The translations under genes and the position numbers were made by a program. This document shows positions 16,564-30,850 of a DNA stretch of 64,000 nt, one piece after another; position 1 is the stretch's first letter, and every line of letters begins with the position of its first letter. The DNA is from the human T2T-CHM13v2.0 reference genome, Homo sapiens: NCBI RefSeq assembly GCF_009914755.1, contig NC_060938.1; one strand, written 5' to 3'. The notes beneath the pieces were generated by a model, which worked only from the letters and a program-made list of their open reading frames with translations, was not told the DNA's origin and made no database searches.

Positions 16564-16998
16564 CAAACTCTTATTAAGCACTCTACTTGCTACAATTCCT
16601 GCATTCTACAATGCCAGACTGAGTTTTCCAATTTTTATTTTCAGCAAACCTCTATTACTACAGGTCTAGCTCAGTCAGAATCAACTCTCACCAGCTTAAG
16701 GATAATGTGAGAGCAACTTAAGCTGACAGAATCAATTGCTTCAGGTTGTCTTTGCAAAAATCCCTGGTGTTATGTATCTGTCCTGTCTCTCCTATTTGTC
16801 TACCCCAGCTGCTATATAATTTCTTATTGCTTATTTACTTGTCATAGAATATTTGCCAAGATCTACATCTACAGCTCAAATAGTGACTATTTGCAGACTT
16901 CAAATGCATCATATGGTTTATTTAAGTAGGAGTGTATGTGTGTGTGTTTGTGTGTGTATGCACAGAGGCACACACGTGAACATTTGCCAATGCTTTAT

Positions 16999-17283
16999 TT
17001 TTATTTTTGTTTTTAATTTTTATAGATTCAGGAAGGGCTTATGCAGATTTCTTATAAGGATATATTATATAATGGTGAGGTTTGGGTTTCTGGTATACTC
17101 ATCTCCCAAATAATGAACATTGTATCCAACAGGTAATTTTTCAACCCTCCCCTTCTTTCCGCCCTCCCTCCTTTTGGAGTCAGCAGTGTCTATTATTTCC
17201 CTCTGTATGTCCGTGTGTACCCATTGTTTAGTTCCCACTTATAAGTAAGAACGTGAGGTATTTGATTATCTGTTTCCAAGATA
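16999..17283 (-). mobile_element. L1PB4-like 3' end
   Basis: GGTGAGGTTTGGGTTTCT...AGGTAATTTTTCAACCC; flanking repeat CCAATGCTTTATTT. Confidence 0.8.
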
Positions 17284-17734
17284 TTTCCAATGCTTTATTT
17301 ATTTAAAGTAGGTCTCTCTCCAACCTTGCTCCATGACAAACTCCCACCACAAATATGAAATATTTTTTTCTAATTTTTATCATCTCAACTTTGCCAAATA
17401 GATTTGTATCACTCTATGTTTTCATATAAAACTTTATGCCATAGTTTATTAAATTCTTGATATGAAAGAGAAGAAATTTAGTGCAAGTAATTTATGCCCC
17501 AAATATTGTTTCACTTCACATTATATTTTTTAGTTTTATTATGTTATTATTATTATCACAGTATTATTTACAACGTTGACTGGTATTTGTCACATATTTG
17601 TAAATGACATGATACCAATATATTTTCAATTTTTAAATTTTGAAATAACTTCAAATTTACAGCAATGTTGCAAGAATATTACAGAAAACTCCTAGATATT
17701 CTTTTCCAAGCTTTACTGATTTAAGAAATTTTAA

Positions 17735-19592
17735 TAATTGCATCAAAAACAATACATCGGTTAGGACTTAATTTAATCAATGAGGTGAAAGATCTGAACA
17801 CTGAAAACTATAAGATATTGAAGAAGACACAAATAAAATGGAAAGCTATCCTATGTTTATGGCCTGGAAGAACTACTATTGTTAAACGTCCTTACTACCC
17901 AAAGTGATCTACAGATTCAATGCAATCCTTATCAAAATTTTAATGCCACTTTTCATAGATATAGAGAAAACAATTCTAAAATTCAAATAAAACCACAAAA
18001 GGCCCCAAATAGCCAAAGCAATCTTGAGAAAGAATAAAAAAGCTGGAGATGTTATACTTCCTGAATTCAAACTATATTACAAAACTATACTAATCAAAAC
18101 AGTATGGCACTTCCCTCAAACAGATACACAGACCAGTGAAATTGAATTGAGAGCTCAGAAATCAACTCATACATGTATGATCAACTAATTCTTGCCACTG
18201 TTTAAAGAATACACAATGGAGAAAGAATAGTCTCTTCAAGAAATTGTTTTGGGAAAACTGGATATCCACAAAAATGAAACTGGACTCTTTTCTTACACTA
18301 TCCACAAAAAGGAGCTCAAAATGGATTACAGATTTGCATATAAGACCTGAAACTATAAACTTCTAGAAGAAAACATAGGGACAAAGTTTCTTGACATTGG
18401 TCTTGGCAATGATTTTTTTGGATAGAATAACAAAAGCACACGCGAGAAAGGCAAAAATAGACAGGTGAGATTACACCAAATTAAAAAGCTTTCGAACAGC
18501 AAATGAAACAACCAATGGGATGAAAAGGACACCTACAGAATGGAAGATAATACTTGCAAACCATATATATAATAAAGAGTTAACATTAAAAAAATACAAG
18601 GAGCTTATACAATTCAATAGCACAAAAACCACTCATTTACAAAATGGGTGAAGAGCATGAATATACATATTCTCAAAGAAAACATACAAATGACCAACAG
18701 GTATATGAAAAGTTTCTCAACATCAATGAGCATTAAGGAAATGCATATCACCTCACACTTGTTAGGATGGCTATTATAAACAAGACAAGAGATAAAAAGT
18801 GTTGGTGATGGTGTAGAGATGGTATGTTTCCCTTGTACACTTTGGTGAAAGTGTATATTGGCACAGTCATTGTGGAAAACACTATGGTGATACCTCTAAA
18901 ATTTAAAATAGAACTATCATATGGTCCAGCAATCTCACTACTGAGTGTATGTCCAGAGAAAATGAAATCAGTATCTCAAAAAGCTACCTGCACTCCCATG
19001 TTCGTTGCAGCATTATTTACAATTGCCAACATATGAAAGCTACCTAAATGTCTATTGATGGATAAATGGAAAAATAAATTATGGTACATATTGTATATAC
19101 AATTGAACATTATTCATCCATAAAAAAGGAAATCTTGCCTTTTGTGACATCATAGATGAACCTGGAGGACATTATGCTGTGTGAAATAAACCAGTCATAG
19201 AAAGACAAATTGTATTATCTCATTTATATATTAAATTAAAAAAACTCAAACTCACAGAAGCAGGAAGTAGAATGGTGGTTGCCAGAATTTGTTTGGGTCA
19301 GAGGTGGAAAAAGCGATGATGTTGGTCAAAGGGTACAAACTCTCAGTAATAAAAGGGATCTAATGTATTGTGCAATGACTACAATTCATAATATTGCATT
19401 GTTTACATAAAATTTGCTGAGAGTATATCTTGAGTGTTCATACACAAGGTAACTGTGAGATGATGAATGTATTAATTAGCTTGATTGTGGTAATCATTTC
19501 ATAATATATAAATATATCAAATTATCACATTATACATCTTAATTATATGCAGTCTTGTCAATTATACCTCAATAAAACTGGAAAAAAGAAAA
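17735..19592 (+). mobile_element. L1MA9-like, 5'-truncated
   Basis: Decayed ORF2 (GAGGTGAAAGATCTG...CTACAGATTCAATGCAATCC) to GTCAATTATACCTCAATAAAACTGGAAAAAA. Confidence 0.9.
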
Positions 19593-19754
19593 ATAAATTT
19601 TAACATTTTAGTATATTTATTAAATTAGTAAATGTAATCTTAGAACATGTATTAGTATTTGTACAATTAGTAACACCACTTTATCTGTAGAGATATATGT
19701 GTATGTATAATTTGTACTTATATGTGATTTATTTTTCTTTTTTCTTTCTATAAG

Positions 19755-19975
19755 TTTTATTTGAAACATTGTTGATTCTTTACTTAAATGTTTTGTTTTC
19801 CAATTTAAGAAAATACTCACTTTTAAGCTATGTATAGTTTACAGCAATTTGATAAAGTATACTTTTGTGAAAAAAGGTGGAAGCATTTTCTTTTTGTCCT
19901 GATTCCTTCAAAATTTGAAAATAATTTATGAGTATTCTTGTGGCAAGGTGGTTTATCTGTGTAAGTCCAATAAAT
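19755..19975 (+). mobile_element. ERV1 (MER4-group) internal fragment
   Basis: AAAGTATACTTTTGTGAAAAAAGGTGGAAGCATTT...TGAGTATTCTT...AAGTCCAATAA resembles MER4-group internal 3' sequence as recalled. Confidence 0.5.
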
Positions 19976-20236
19976 AGTTGTGATTTAATTTTCTAACTCC
20001 TTTGAGAGTCAGTTGCATGTATTAACACTTTTTCTCACTTAAAACTTCAGTAGTTAGAGTTGATAGCCAAAAAAAAGATATTCTCTTATGTAATCAAGGT
20101 GTAGCTATCAAATTTAGAAAATTTAACTTTGATAGAAAATTCTTATGACTTTTAACAAAATATTCCCAATAATGTATTTTGTAGCATTTTAAAATACAAG
20201 TACAGTATCTAATCCAGAATTACATATCACATTTAA

Positions 20237-20631
<395 letters not shown>

Positions 20632-21989
20632 AACATTGACTTATTTGAAGAGTACAGGTCAGTTATTTTATAGCGTGTTCCTCAATTTAGATATGTTTTA
20701 TGATTAGACTCAGGTTAAGCACACTTGGCTTGACTAACACAAAAGTGATATTGTTTTTACAGCATCATGTCCATAAGCTCACCTTATTGATGTTAATTTT
20801 GATCCCTTGGTCCAGATGTTGTCCAGTCCTCTACTTTCTGGTTACTGTTTCCCCTCATGCAGCTAATAGGCATTCTGTAGAGAAACATTTAAAAACCATG
20901 TAAATAACCTGCTTTTCATTAAAATTTTGCTCCTACATTCAGCATCCATTGATGATTCTTGTCTGACCCAATGTTAACTATGATACTTGAAAAATAATGA
21001 TTTTTTAACTCTATCAATCACTCTCTTCATATTCGTCAGTCAAAGCTTACTATAATGAAGATCTTTTTCTTCTTCTTTCCTTCCTTCTGTCTTTCTTCAG
21101 TATAGACTTATGGATTCATATTTTAATCTTTGGGTTACATTCTATTACCACCTTATTTGTTTTGATGCTCAAATTTTCCTGGATTTATTCAATGGAAGAC
21201 CCTACAGGCTGGATTCTAGGGGTTCTTGACATCACTTTTTAAGCACTATCCCCCTGACTCAACAAGATCATCCAGACTCATGTTGAACTTCCCCTGACCT
21301 TCCCCTGGTATCTTTAGTGGAAAATAGCATTTAGAAAACAAGATCTGAGCAGAAATTATGTTCATTGTTGGTGTGTTATTACTTCTTGACCTCTCCAACA
21401 AACAGAGCTATGATATTTATATGCATGTGTGTATGTATATATCTAAGTAAAGTAAAAGTTCATATTAATACTTTCACTTGCAAACCAAACCTACAAGATT
21501 TTTCTATATTTCTATCTCCCTGCCTCCACAGTGGAAACCCTCACTTGCAATAACATCAGCTCATTTGTTCAATCATCTGTACTACAACAAACCTACTAAT
21601 AAGAGTTCAAGATTTCTTAACAGTTCTGTTTTTTTTTAACCTGGATTGAGAGTGTATAATCAAAATACTTGTGATCAAAAGTTACTTGTATTAGTTCTTT
21701 TATTTTTTCTTTTCAGTGTATTTAGTATTTTTTATTTGGAATTACAGTTGGGTTCATTTGTTTTTGTTTGCATTAGTTTTAGATCTTTTCCCCATTCTTG
21801 TTAAATATTGATTTAGTTTAAGTTTTTGAACATGAAGAATACTTCCAAAATGAAAATTATTCAAAAAGACATAGTCAGAACAGTGTTACTTCCTTTCATA
21901 TCCCTTCCATCTGCTTCTTTACACAACTAAACACAACAGATTTTAATGTTTTCTTTATATTATACTTACGCTGTTCAAACTTTATCTTA

Positions 21990-24850
21990 TACTTACTCTA
22001 TATGGTTTCTTTGACATGACTGAACCCTGACTGATACACTTTTATCACAGAGTATCTTCAAATAATATTATACCATTTCCATCCCACCCTTTTTTTGTGC
22101 CATTTTTGTCTCACATTTTATTTCTACATAAAATTTCAATCAATTTTGTTTCTATATTTGCCTTACATACTCAACTTTAAAGAAATTAAAGAAATCTTTA
22201 AAAAGAAAAGTATATTCATCAAAATATTTACCCTTTCAAGTACTCACCATTCTTTTATATAGGTACAAGTTTCCATTTGGTATATATATATATATATATA
22301 TATATGATATAGATATAGATATGTGTGTGTATATATATATATTTAGCTCCCTGAAATCTTTTATTAACTTAAAAAATATATAGATTAACTCTTTGCCTGA
22401 AGAAATGTCCATTTTCCCTTTAGTTTTGAAGGATTTTTTTTCTGGGGATATAGAATTACAGCTTGAAATGATTGTTTTTTCTTTCAGCACTTTAAAATGT
22501 TTCGCTGTCTTCTGATTTCAATAGTTTCTGACTGGAAGTGTGCATTCATGTTTGTCTTTGTTCTTTTGTATGCAATATGTCTATTTTCCTCTGGGTGCTT
22601 TTAAGATTTTCTTTTTATTACTGGTTTTAACAACTCCCTCCTGTTGTACTTTGGTATGTTTTTCTTTGTGTTTATCTTACTGGAGTTTATTAATTTTGTT
22701 CCTGAAGATTTCTTATTTTTATTAAATTTGTAAATATTTTGGCTATTATTACTTCCAATATTTTTTCTGACCCTCAGTGTCTCACCTGTTCCATGAATTC
22801 CAATTATACTAATGTTACAGCAGTTAATATCGTTTTCCAAGTTACTGGGACTTCATTACTTATTCTTTTTTAGACTTTTTTCTTTCTGATCTGTATTTAG
22901 GATAGTTTCTACCACTGTCTTCAAGTTCATTGATATTTTTCCTATCATGCCTAATCTACTGTTAATTTCATCCAGTGAATTTATTCTTTAATACATTTAT
23001 TTCTCTAGAAGTTTGACACTTTTTGTCCTACATTCTATGTGTTCCTTCATTATGTTCATGTTACTCTTTACATGCTTGAGCCGTGTTTTGGTAGGTTTTT
23101 AAATGTTGGTGTCTGCTAATTTCCTCATTTCTGTCATTTGTGATCTATTTGTAGTGACTGGTTTTTCTCCTAGATGTGGATTTAATTTTCCTGCTTTTCC
23201 ATGTATATAACAGTATTTGATTGAGTGCTGGACATTATGAATTTCATGCTGTTGAGTGTCATATTTTTTGTCTTCCTTCAAAATATGTTGCTCTTTGTTC
23301 TGGCAGGCAGTTAAGTTTCTTGCAGTCCAGTTTTGTCCATTCTAGCCCTTCTTTAAGGCTTTAGTAGGGTGAATTTAGAACAATCTTTACTGTATGCCTA
23401 CTATAGCCCTCTTGGTATTTTTACAGAAAGTTCTGAGTATTCAGTGAATAATGTATACTCTGGCTTCTGAGAACTTGAACTTTTCCCAGAGCTGCGTAAG
23501 AGCTGGAAATTGTTTGACACACAGCTTCCTTTTTGCTTTTTGCCTTGGCCTATATACGCATGACTTAGTGTTCAGCAACTGACTCTGAGATGATTGTAAA
23601 GATTTCCTGATTTACTTATTTATATGTTCTCTCCTTTCCTGTTGTCTTCCATTCAGAATTTCAGGCTCAAAAACTCTAAGCACTCTGATCTCTGTCTACA
23701 CAACTCAGTGTAACCACCTAGCTCTGCTTGGAATCTACCTCCTGACAATGTGGTTCAGAAAGTTCTTCGGTGGAGAAATCCAGTTTGATTACAAGACTCA
23801 CCTAAATTTTTTTTCTTCTCTTACTGACTATAATCATATAATATGTGTTGTAGGATGTCTGCAAACTCTTTATTTGCATTATTTTTTCTATTTTTCTAGT
23901 TGGTTATAGTGCACAATTAAGTCTTGCTCCATTCACCCTATCATGACAGAAGCATAAACCCCATGTACTGTACTGAATTCTGTCATAATCAGTGACAGCT
24001 TTTTTTCTTCTAATTCTTTTCCAAATCCTGCCAGTTTGCAATTTATTTTCTTTTATTGTTTTGCTGTCTATTCTTTGAGTTCTGTCTTTCTGCTTTGTGT
24101 CTTCCTTCATAGTGGAGTTTGCTTTATAAAATATTTTAAAATGCTTGCTAAAATATTTGCTATGATTTTACTTGCTGTTTCATGCTTTCCTGTTAAGTAT
24201 TCTTCTCTTTTGTTGCCTGTACTTTACTTTCTTCCTCCTTTAATGTCTTCCTATTTTTCAGTATCTATTGTTGAATTATTTTGTATTTCTTAATATGTGC
24301 AAGAGATTTTTGTGCTGGAGAACAATAGGAATTGATATGTAATTTTTCTGGCTTTCACAACAAAAAGTCTCCTTTCTACTCAAATACCACAGAAAAACGC
24401 CTTTAGAACATGTGCAGTGTCTGTGTCATTATTTGTATATTATTGCTTCCTCTATTCTTGGAACCAGACTGGGTCCAGTAATGCTATTGCTGCCAGTCTA
24501 TCTTACTCCAGTTCATGCACCCATAGCAGAAATAAGATGATAGATTTTTGCATTTCTGGGCTTATCCCTCCTCTTCAGGAAGTATATCTTTTGCCAGAAA
24601 ATTTTGAGATTTGATATTATAAGGCTCCCTCTTTGCTTATATTCCTCTCTACGGTTTTTAATTTTTGTTTTATCCCATATAGCTTTTGTGATCTCTTTCA
24701 TCAATTTGGAAGCTATGATTATAAATGTCTTCCAATTTGCCAAAAATTGGAGTTCCGCATGATTATTAAAAATTTTTTCTATTTTCAATTATTTTTGAGA
24801 AAAGAAATGCAGAATCCTGATTTCTGCAGCTATATTCATACCAGAAGTAT
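21990..24850 (-). mobile_element. Ancient L1M (L1ME-like) fragments with (TA)n at ~22281-22341
   Basis: TTTTCTTTCAGCACTTTAAAATG, TCTTCAAGTTCATTGAT...CTAATCTACTGTTAA antisense L1 motifs; approximate. Confidence 0.6.
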
Positions 24851-25229
24851 CATTCTTTTGTTGATTCTTTAATGCCTTTAGAGTGTCATGCTTTAATGCC
24901 TTTATACAGTTACAAGTTAGAGAATTTTTACCTCCATGGAACTTATAACTTGAATGTACTGTAGGTACTGGATGATCAGTGCTGTGAGATTAAAACTATA
25001 GATTCAAATATCTCAGATAGAGATTTGTAATCATTTGCATAATCAGGATGAGTACATTGTCAAAAATGAGGGAGAATGTTAAGGATACTGGTTAAAGAGG
25101 AAGCAGAAGTGTCAGAGTTGAGTGACTGCTTAGAAACTGAGAAGCATGCAGAAACCAGTTATTCAGATGGAGCAATTAATCCAGGGCAGGTAAGAGGCAG
25201 AGACACTGTGCTAAAGATGAGAGAATCTT

Positions 25230-25925
<696 letters not shown>

Positions 25926-26033
25926 GAAAGCCTGATATATCTTTCTACCATAGCAAGAACTAGCAGCACCTTACCCAGTATGAGACCGACCCAGGTCTGC
26001 CTTAATATATATACCGTAATATATACCTAACAG

Positions 26034-26331
26034 TTTTTTTTTTTTTTTTGAGAGGGAGTCTCGCTCTGTCGCCCAGGCTGGAGTGCAGTATCGCGATATC
26101 GGTTCGCTGCAAGCTCCGCCTCCCGGGGTCACGTCATTCTCCTGCCTCAGCTTCCGGAGCAGCTGGGACTGCTGGCGCCCGCCACTACGCTCGGCTAATT
26201 TTTTTGTGTTTTTAGTAGAGACGGGCTTTCACCGTGTTGGCCTAGCGGTTCTCCAACTCCTGACCTCATGATCCCCCCGCCTCAGCCTCCCAAAGTGCTG
26301 GGATTACAAGCGTGAGCCACCGCGACCCGCC
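26034..26331 (-). mobile_element. AluY-like, CpG-rich
   Basis: CAAGCTCCGCCTCCCGGG...CATTCTCC diagnostics; about 20 CpGs retained. Confidence 0.9.
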
Positions 26332-27613
26332 AACACTCTTGACAACAGTGCTGTGCTAAGAACTTGGGGGACTTCAAAAAGTTCACCAGTTCCTGTGTCC
26401 ATGGTAGGTAAACATTTTTAAAAGTACCTTTTTATTTATCTTTTCATATATTTATTTCGCTCTATCGTAACAATAAGCTGTATACTTCATATGTACAAGT
26501 CAGTTGCCTTTTGGTCTGATTTTCAGACTAATAGAGTCATATCAGATTCTTACCTTATGATATTGCTCAGGAAGATTAGCTGAAGTTCAAGGCAAGAGCA
26601 ACTTAAGTAGGACAGATCTTTGAAAGATTTTTCAAAATCCGTAGGAACAATAACTCAAGTAAGGTAAATCTCTATAAAATTCTAGAAGATGTGTGTCTAT
26701 AATTTAGGAGGCCAAAGACATTTTTAAGAGAAGGAAATAAAACTCTGTAGCTTGAAGTTTGGAAGCCTCAGGAAAAAAGCCTATAATTTCAATGGGATTT
26801 CTTAATAATAGTATTTTAGAGAACAAGTTTACAGCTACCTTTAGACAACATGAAAGAAGCTCACAAGTAATCTCCCAGGAGATGACATTGAATAGATTGG
26901 GACACCAAGGAAGATACTTAACTTTAACGAGTTTAAGTATCATACATATTTACTTTTAAGGTGTTCATTTCTTTAAAACAATGTGATGAAAATATAACAT
27001 AATAGGAATGTATGTCCTATTTTAGAAGTAGGGCAAAGCAGGCTGTTTAATACAAAATTGTGAGTGAGATAATTTGAAGCTAAGAAAACATAAATACAGT
27101 ATGAGCCCACATACCATGAAAAGGTAACAAATAGGGAAGGGAAACAGCGGGGAAAACCCCAGAGCATTTAATCTTATTTTATGGTGGCATTCATGTACTG
27201 AAAAGAGTGAAAGAACAGCCCCCACACTTCCAGAAATGAGTCAGTTTCATGTCTCAAGCTGATTATAAACCATTCAAGGGCGGCAGCCTCCCACAGCTGA
27301 CTTTAACTGTGATTAGAATAGAGGATGGTCGTTAGTTTGGGCATGCCATATGTGCCCTGAAGTCTCAAAGCCTGATCATCAGGTAAACTTGAAGTTTCTC
27401 TAGGACCAGCTTACAAATAACTTCATATATGTATCCTGAAAAAGACAGCTCATCAACAGGCCGGTCACATATGCTTAAACCATACTCCAAACCATTTGGC
27501 ATGCACTAGAGCAATTTTACAAGTTTAGAAACTCCATCTTAATTTTAAACCACTTCAGTTCTCCAATCCTTTTCCCATCACAAAGAAAAGTATTCCATCT
27601 GATGAACGTAGGT

Positions 27614-27675
27614 CATACTGTTTCGTACAAATCCCCAGATTCTTGTGAGAATCAGAATTTTTATCAAACAGTATG
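27614..27675 (-). ncRNA. Candidate pre-miRNA-like hairpin (unidentified)
   Basis: Perfect 10-bp outer arms CATACTGTTT/AAACAGTATG and inner GATTCT/AGAATC stem with a 4-nt loop; G-U pairs favour the minus strand. Confidence 0.3.
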
Positions 27676-30494
27676 GATTCAGGACCGCTTATGGTCTGAA
27701 AGAGGAAAAAAAAGTCCTAGTTAACGTTATTGTCTTTGATTACAAAGCCCCGAGTGGAGGTGCTTGTAAAAATCATTTTTTCTTATTTTTTTCTTCTTTA
27801 ATAACACAAGGGATTTAATACTTAGAGAAATCCTTTTAATCCTTTCATTTGAACAGAAGTTTATTTATAATACCTATAATAAAGCATTTAAAATTTCTGT
27901 TTGCAGGGTGAAAAGATTTTCTACATCTTTCCTTGACTAGAAACAGAAGTCCTGAAACAAGGTATTCCCAGTCATGTTGCGCATTTTCAAGTATTTAGAT
28001 GCAGCTATGAAATAACTTTTTAAATTCTGTGGTGAAGTTTGATTAAAATAATTATGATAGTATCAGAACCACAAGATAGTAAGTGTGTTCTCTCTTAGCT
28101 GGCAGACAATTAAAAACTATATACGGGATGTTTTTATATTAGGTATATCCCAGTATATACAACAGATTACTAAAATTATAAATTGTAGATTTGAAACATT
28201 GCAGACTGTGATTAAAGAAAAAAACTTCCTCTTCACAAAGTTATCATCTTATTTAAAACAAAATGTGGAAACATTTCCCAGTATAATTTATGACTACTTC
28301 ATATTAACAAACAAATACACTTACTTATTTGTGGAATATTCATTGAAAAAATGGAATGTTGAATTTAAGATAAATAGAAGTTAGTATTTTAAATAATTAT
28401 CTTTTTCCTGAGCTCAATTTAACCTGTTAAACCTCATTTAAAATTGATACATTTAAAATAATTCTAATGGAGGATTTGGAAAGAAAAATCCTTTCCCTCC
28501 CACACTTACAGAAGTGCAAACCAAATTAAAAGAGCATGTAACCCAAAGTTGCATAGTGATATATTCAAAAGGAAATTTCAAAATTTGAAGATGTGGATCA
28601 TAATACAGGAGTTATATGTGTTCATTTTTCACAGTATGTCCTTAGCTTTGCTCTCAGATAGACAGATTTTAAAAGTAAGCTGAATTATTAAGGCTCCAGG
28701 ATGCTTCCCACTCCTACCTCCACTATCATGACAATAATGAAATCTACTCCAATACAAATTCGCATTCCATTTTCTTTTAGGATGTTTATGGCAAAATTAA
28801 ATTTTAACTTACTTTTCATGTGAAGTAAAAAGTAAGAATGGTCACTATGCCACTTCATTTTTCTTCCAAAGAAAAACAAATACAGCACATAATTAATCCA
28901 GGACAAGTAATCCAGGATTAACATAAGTGGCACTACACATTTCTGAAATGTCCTCCAAACTAAAGGTTTATAATGAGTGAGACAAGAAATTATAATTCAC
29001 TCTATCAAAAATCTGAAGAGGGAGGGAATATTTTTGCTATGCACAAGCTGAATCAAGTTAATGAGGCATCTAACATTGCAAAAAGAACGTTGTCTATAAA
29101 TAAATTCAGTCTGATTGGGATGTATTAGTTGTCTGATAATATTCTGTAGCCTACAGATGCTTTGGGTGGAATGTAGATTTCTTAAAAGAGAAAGGCCAAT
29201 GGAATTACTTCAGCAAAGCTCCAGGTCATTTTCTTTAAATGGCATTAAAAGAAAATGTCCCTTTAAAATATTTTGCAATCACAACAATATTTTCAAAGTA
29301 ATACATTTAGCATAAGACAAAATATGCTCATCAGCTGAAATCCACCGGAACTTTAGAATTTGGAAAAAATATCTTCTCACTCACTCATATTTTTTTTCCA
29401 TTGAAATCTGTGTCTTAAGGTACTACTCATGGGCAACATACCTAAACTCTAGAGAATAGGAAGAACATGCACTTAGAATCTCTGCTGTTGCTCAGCCTAG
29501 ACCTAAACCTAGTACATGTACTTATGCTTATTGTTTATGGGAGGGCTAGACTTTTATTAATGAGTACAAGTTATTTCTGACTAGTTACCAGATGTTCCTA
29601 CAGAGTGGTGAGAATATAATTGTTCCAATCAAATTTAAAGTTCAGGTTAATGGAACTTGTTTTTTTAATAGGATTGTAGAATCTAGAAGTGGAATACATT
29701 TTATATTGTCTATTCTGTTACCTCCTCCTTAGAGAACTCTTAATTTGCTCATTTACTCAAATTTATAATAGCTCTAAAGATATGTCTCCTTTAAATCATT
29801 TTCCATATATTCAGCATAAAATTACTTTCATCATTTTTATCCCTCTGAAATTAGTTTTAAATGTAAACTGTATGAATCTTTACTGACAAAAGCTCCAAGA
29901 GTAGAGAAAGGTATGAAGTGAAATTAGAAGTACTCCCTTTTCTACACACCTAACCCATCTCCTAAAATTTTCAACTATTAACATTTTCTTGTGTATTATG
30001 TCAGAAATATTTTCAGGATTCTGTGAATTCTCAAGGAGCTTATTCTCATGATCATTTCCTCACATCCTGTTTTCCCTAAATTAGTTTCCATGCCTCATTT
30101 TCCCAGGCTTCCCTGTGTTTTAGAATGAGTCATTGTAGGTAAAGGTTGGCTGGTTATGTCTCTGCCTACATGAAATCGGGGGACGTATGTATCAACTCTT
30201 GGAATTCTCCCTTAATTTTACCGACAGATTTTACAGGTTTTTGACTTGCAGTTCTGGGAGTTTTATGGACTTTATAGATGATATTGTTTTTCTATCATTT
30301 TATTATTTTTGTTTGTTTTATATTAGTGTCAGACTGGGGAGTAGAATAATATCTTCATATTGACATCTTACACTTAATAATTACCTTTATTCTCTTAGAT
30401 AAAAGTTTGCTAAATTACACATTTTTGTTGTTCAGAAGTTCTCTCTGGCCACACTCAATTCACCTACTCTTTTCTGTCTTCAGATTCTTTGCAA

Positions 30495-30850
30495 ATAGAA
30501 TCCCGGATCTTAGGGTTGAAAGATGTTTTTAAAGTATATAATCCAGCTTTCAACTGATGAAGAAATCCTTCCTGTGATATTCTCCATAACTGTTTTCTAT
30601 TCTCTGTTGGACAACATCAAGTGATGAGAAATGCACTACTTCATGACATGTGCATTTTATTGTCGGCTTCTCAATAACTACCTCTTATTGCTCCTAGGTA
30701 CACCTTCTTGAGGCTTACTTGGTGAGTCTAATTTGTCTTCTGGCACCACTGTGAATTTGAAGGCTTACGTCTTCTTCCCTGATCATATGTTTTCTACATG
30801 TCAGGGTAAAACATTTCTATTTCTTTTAAACATTTGTCAAATGTAATAGC
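30495..30850 (-). mobile_element. L3/CR1 LINE fragment
   Basis: GATCTTAGGGTTGAAAG...CTCTGTTGGACAACATCAAGTGATGAGAAATGCACTACTTC resembles antisense L3. Confidence 0.45.

Noticed and set aside
27907-27961. Plus-strand mini-exon TTTGCAG|GGTG...CAAG|GTATTC
   Set aside because: The donor is weak and there is no coding similarity, so it cannot be separated from chance without RNA data.
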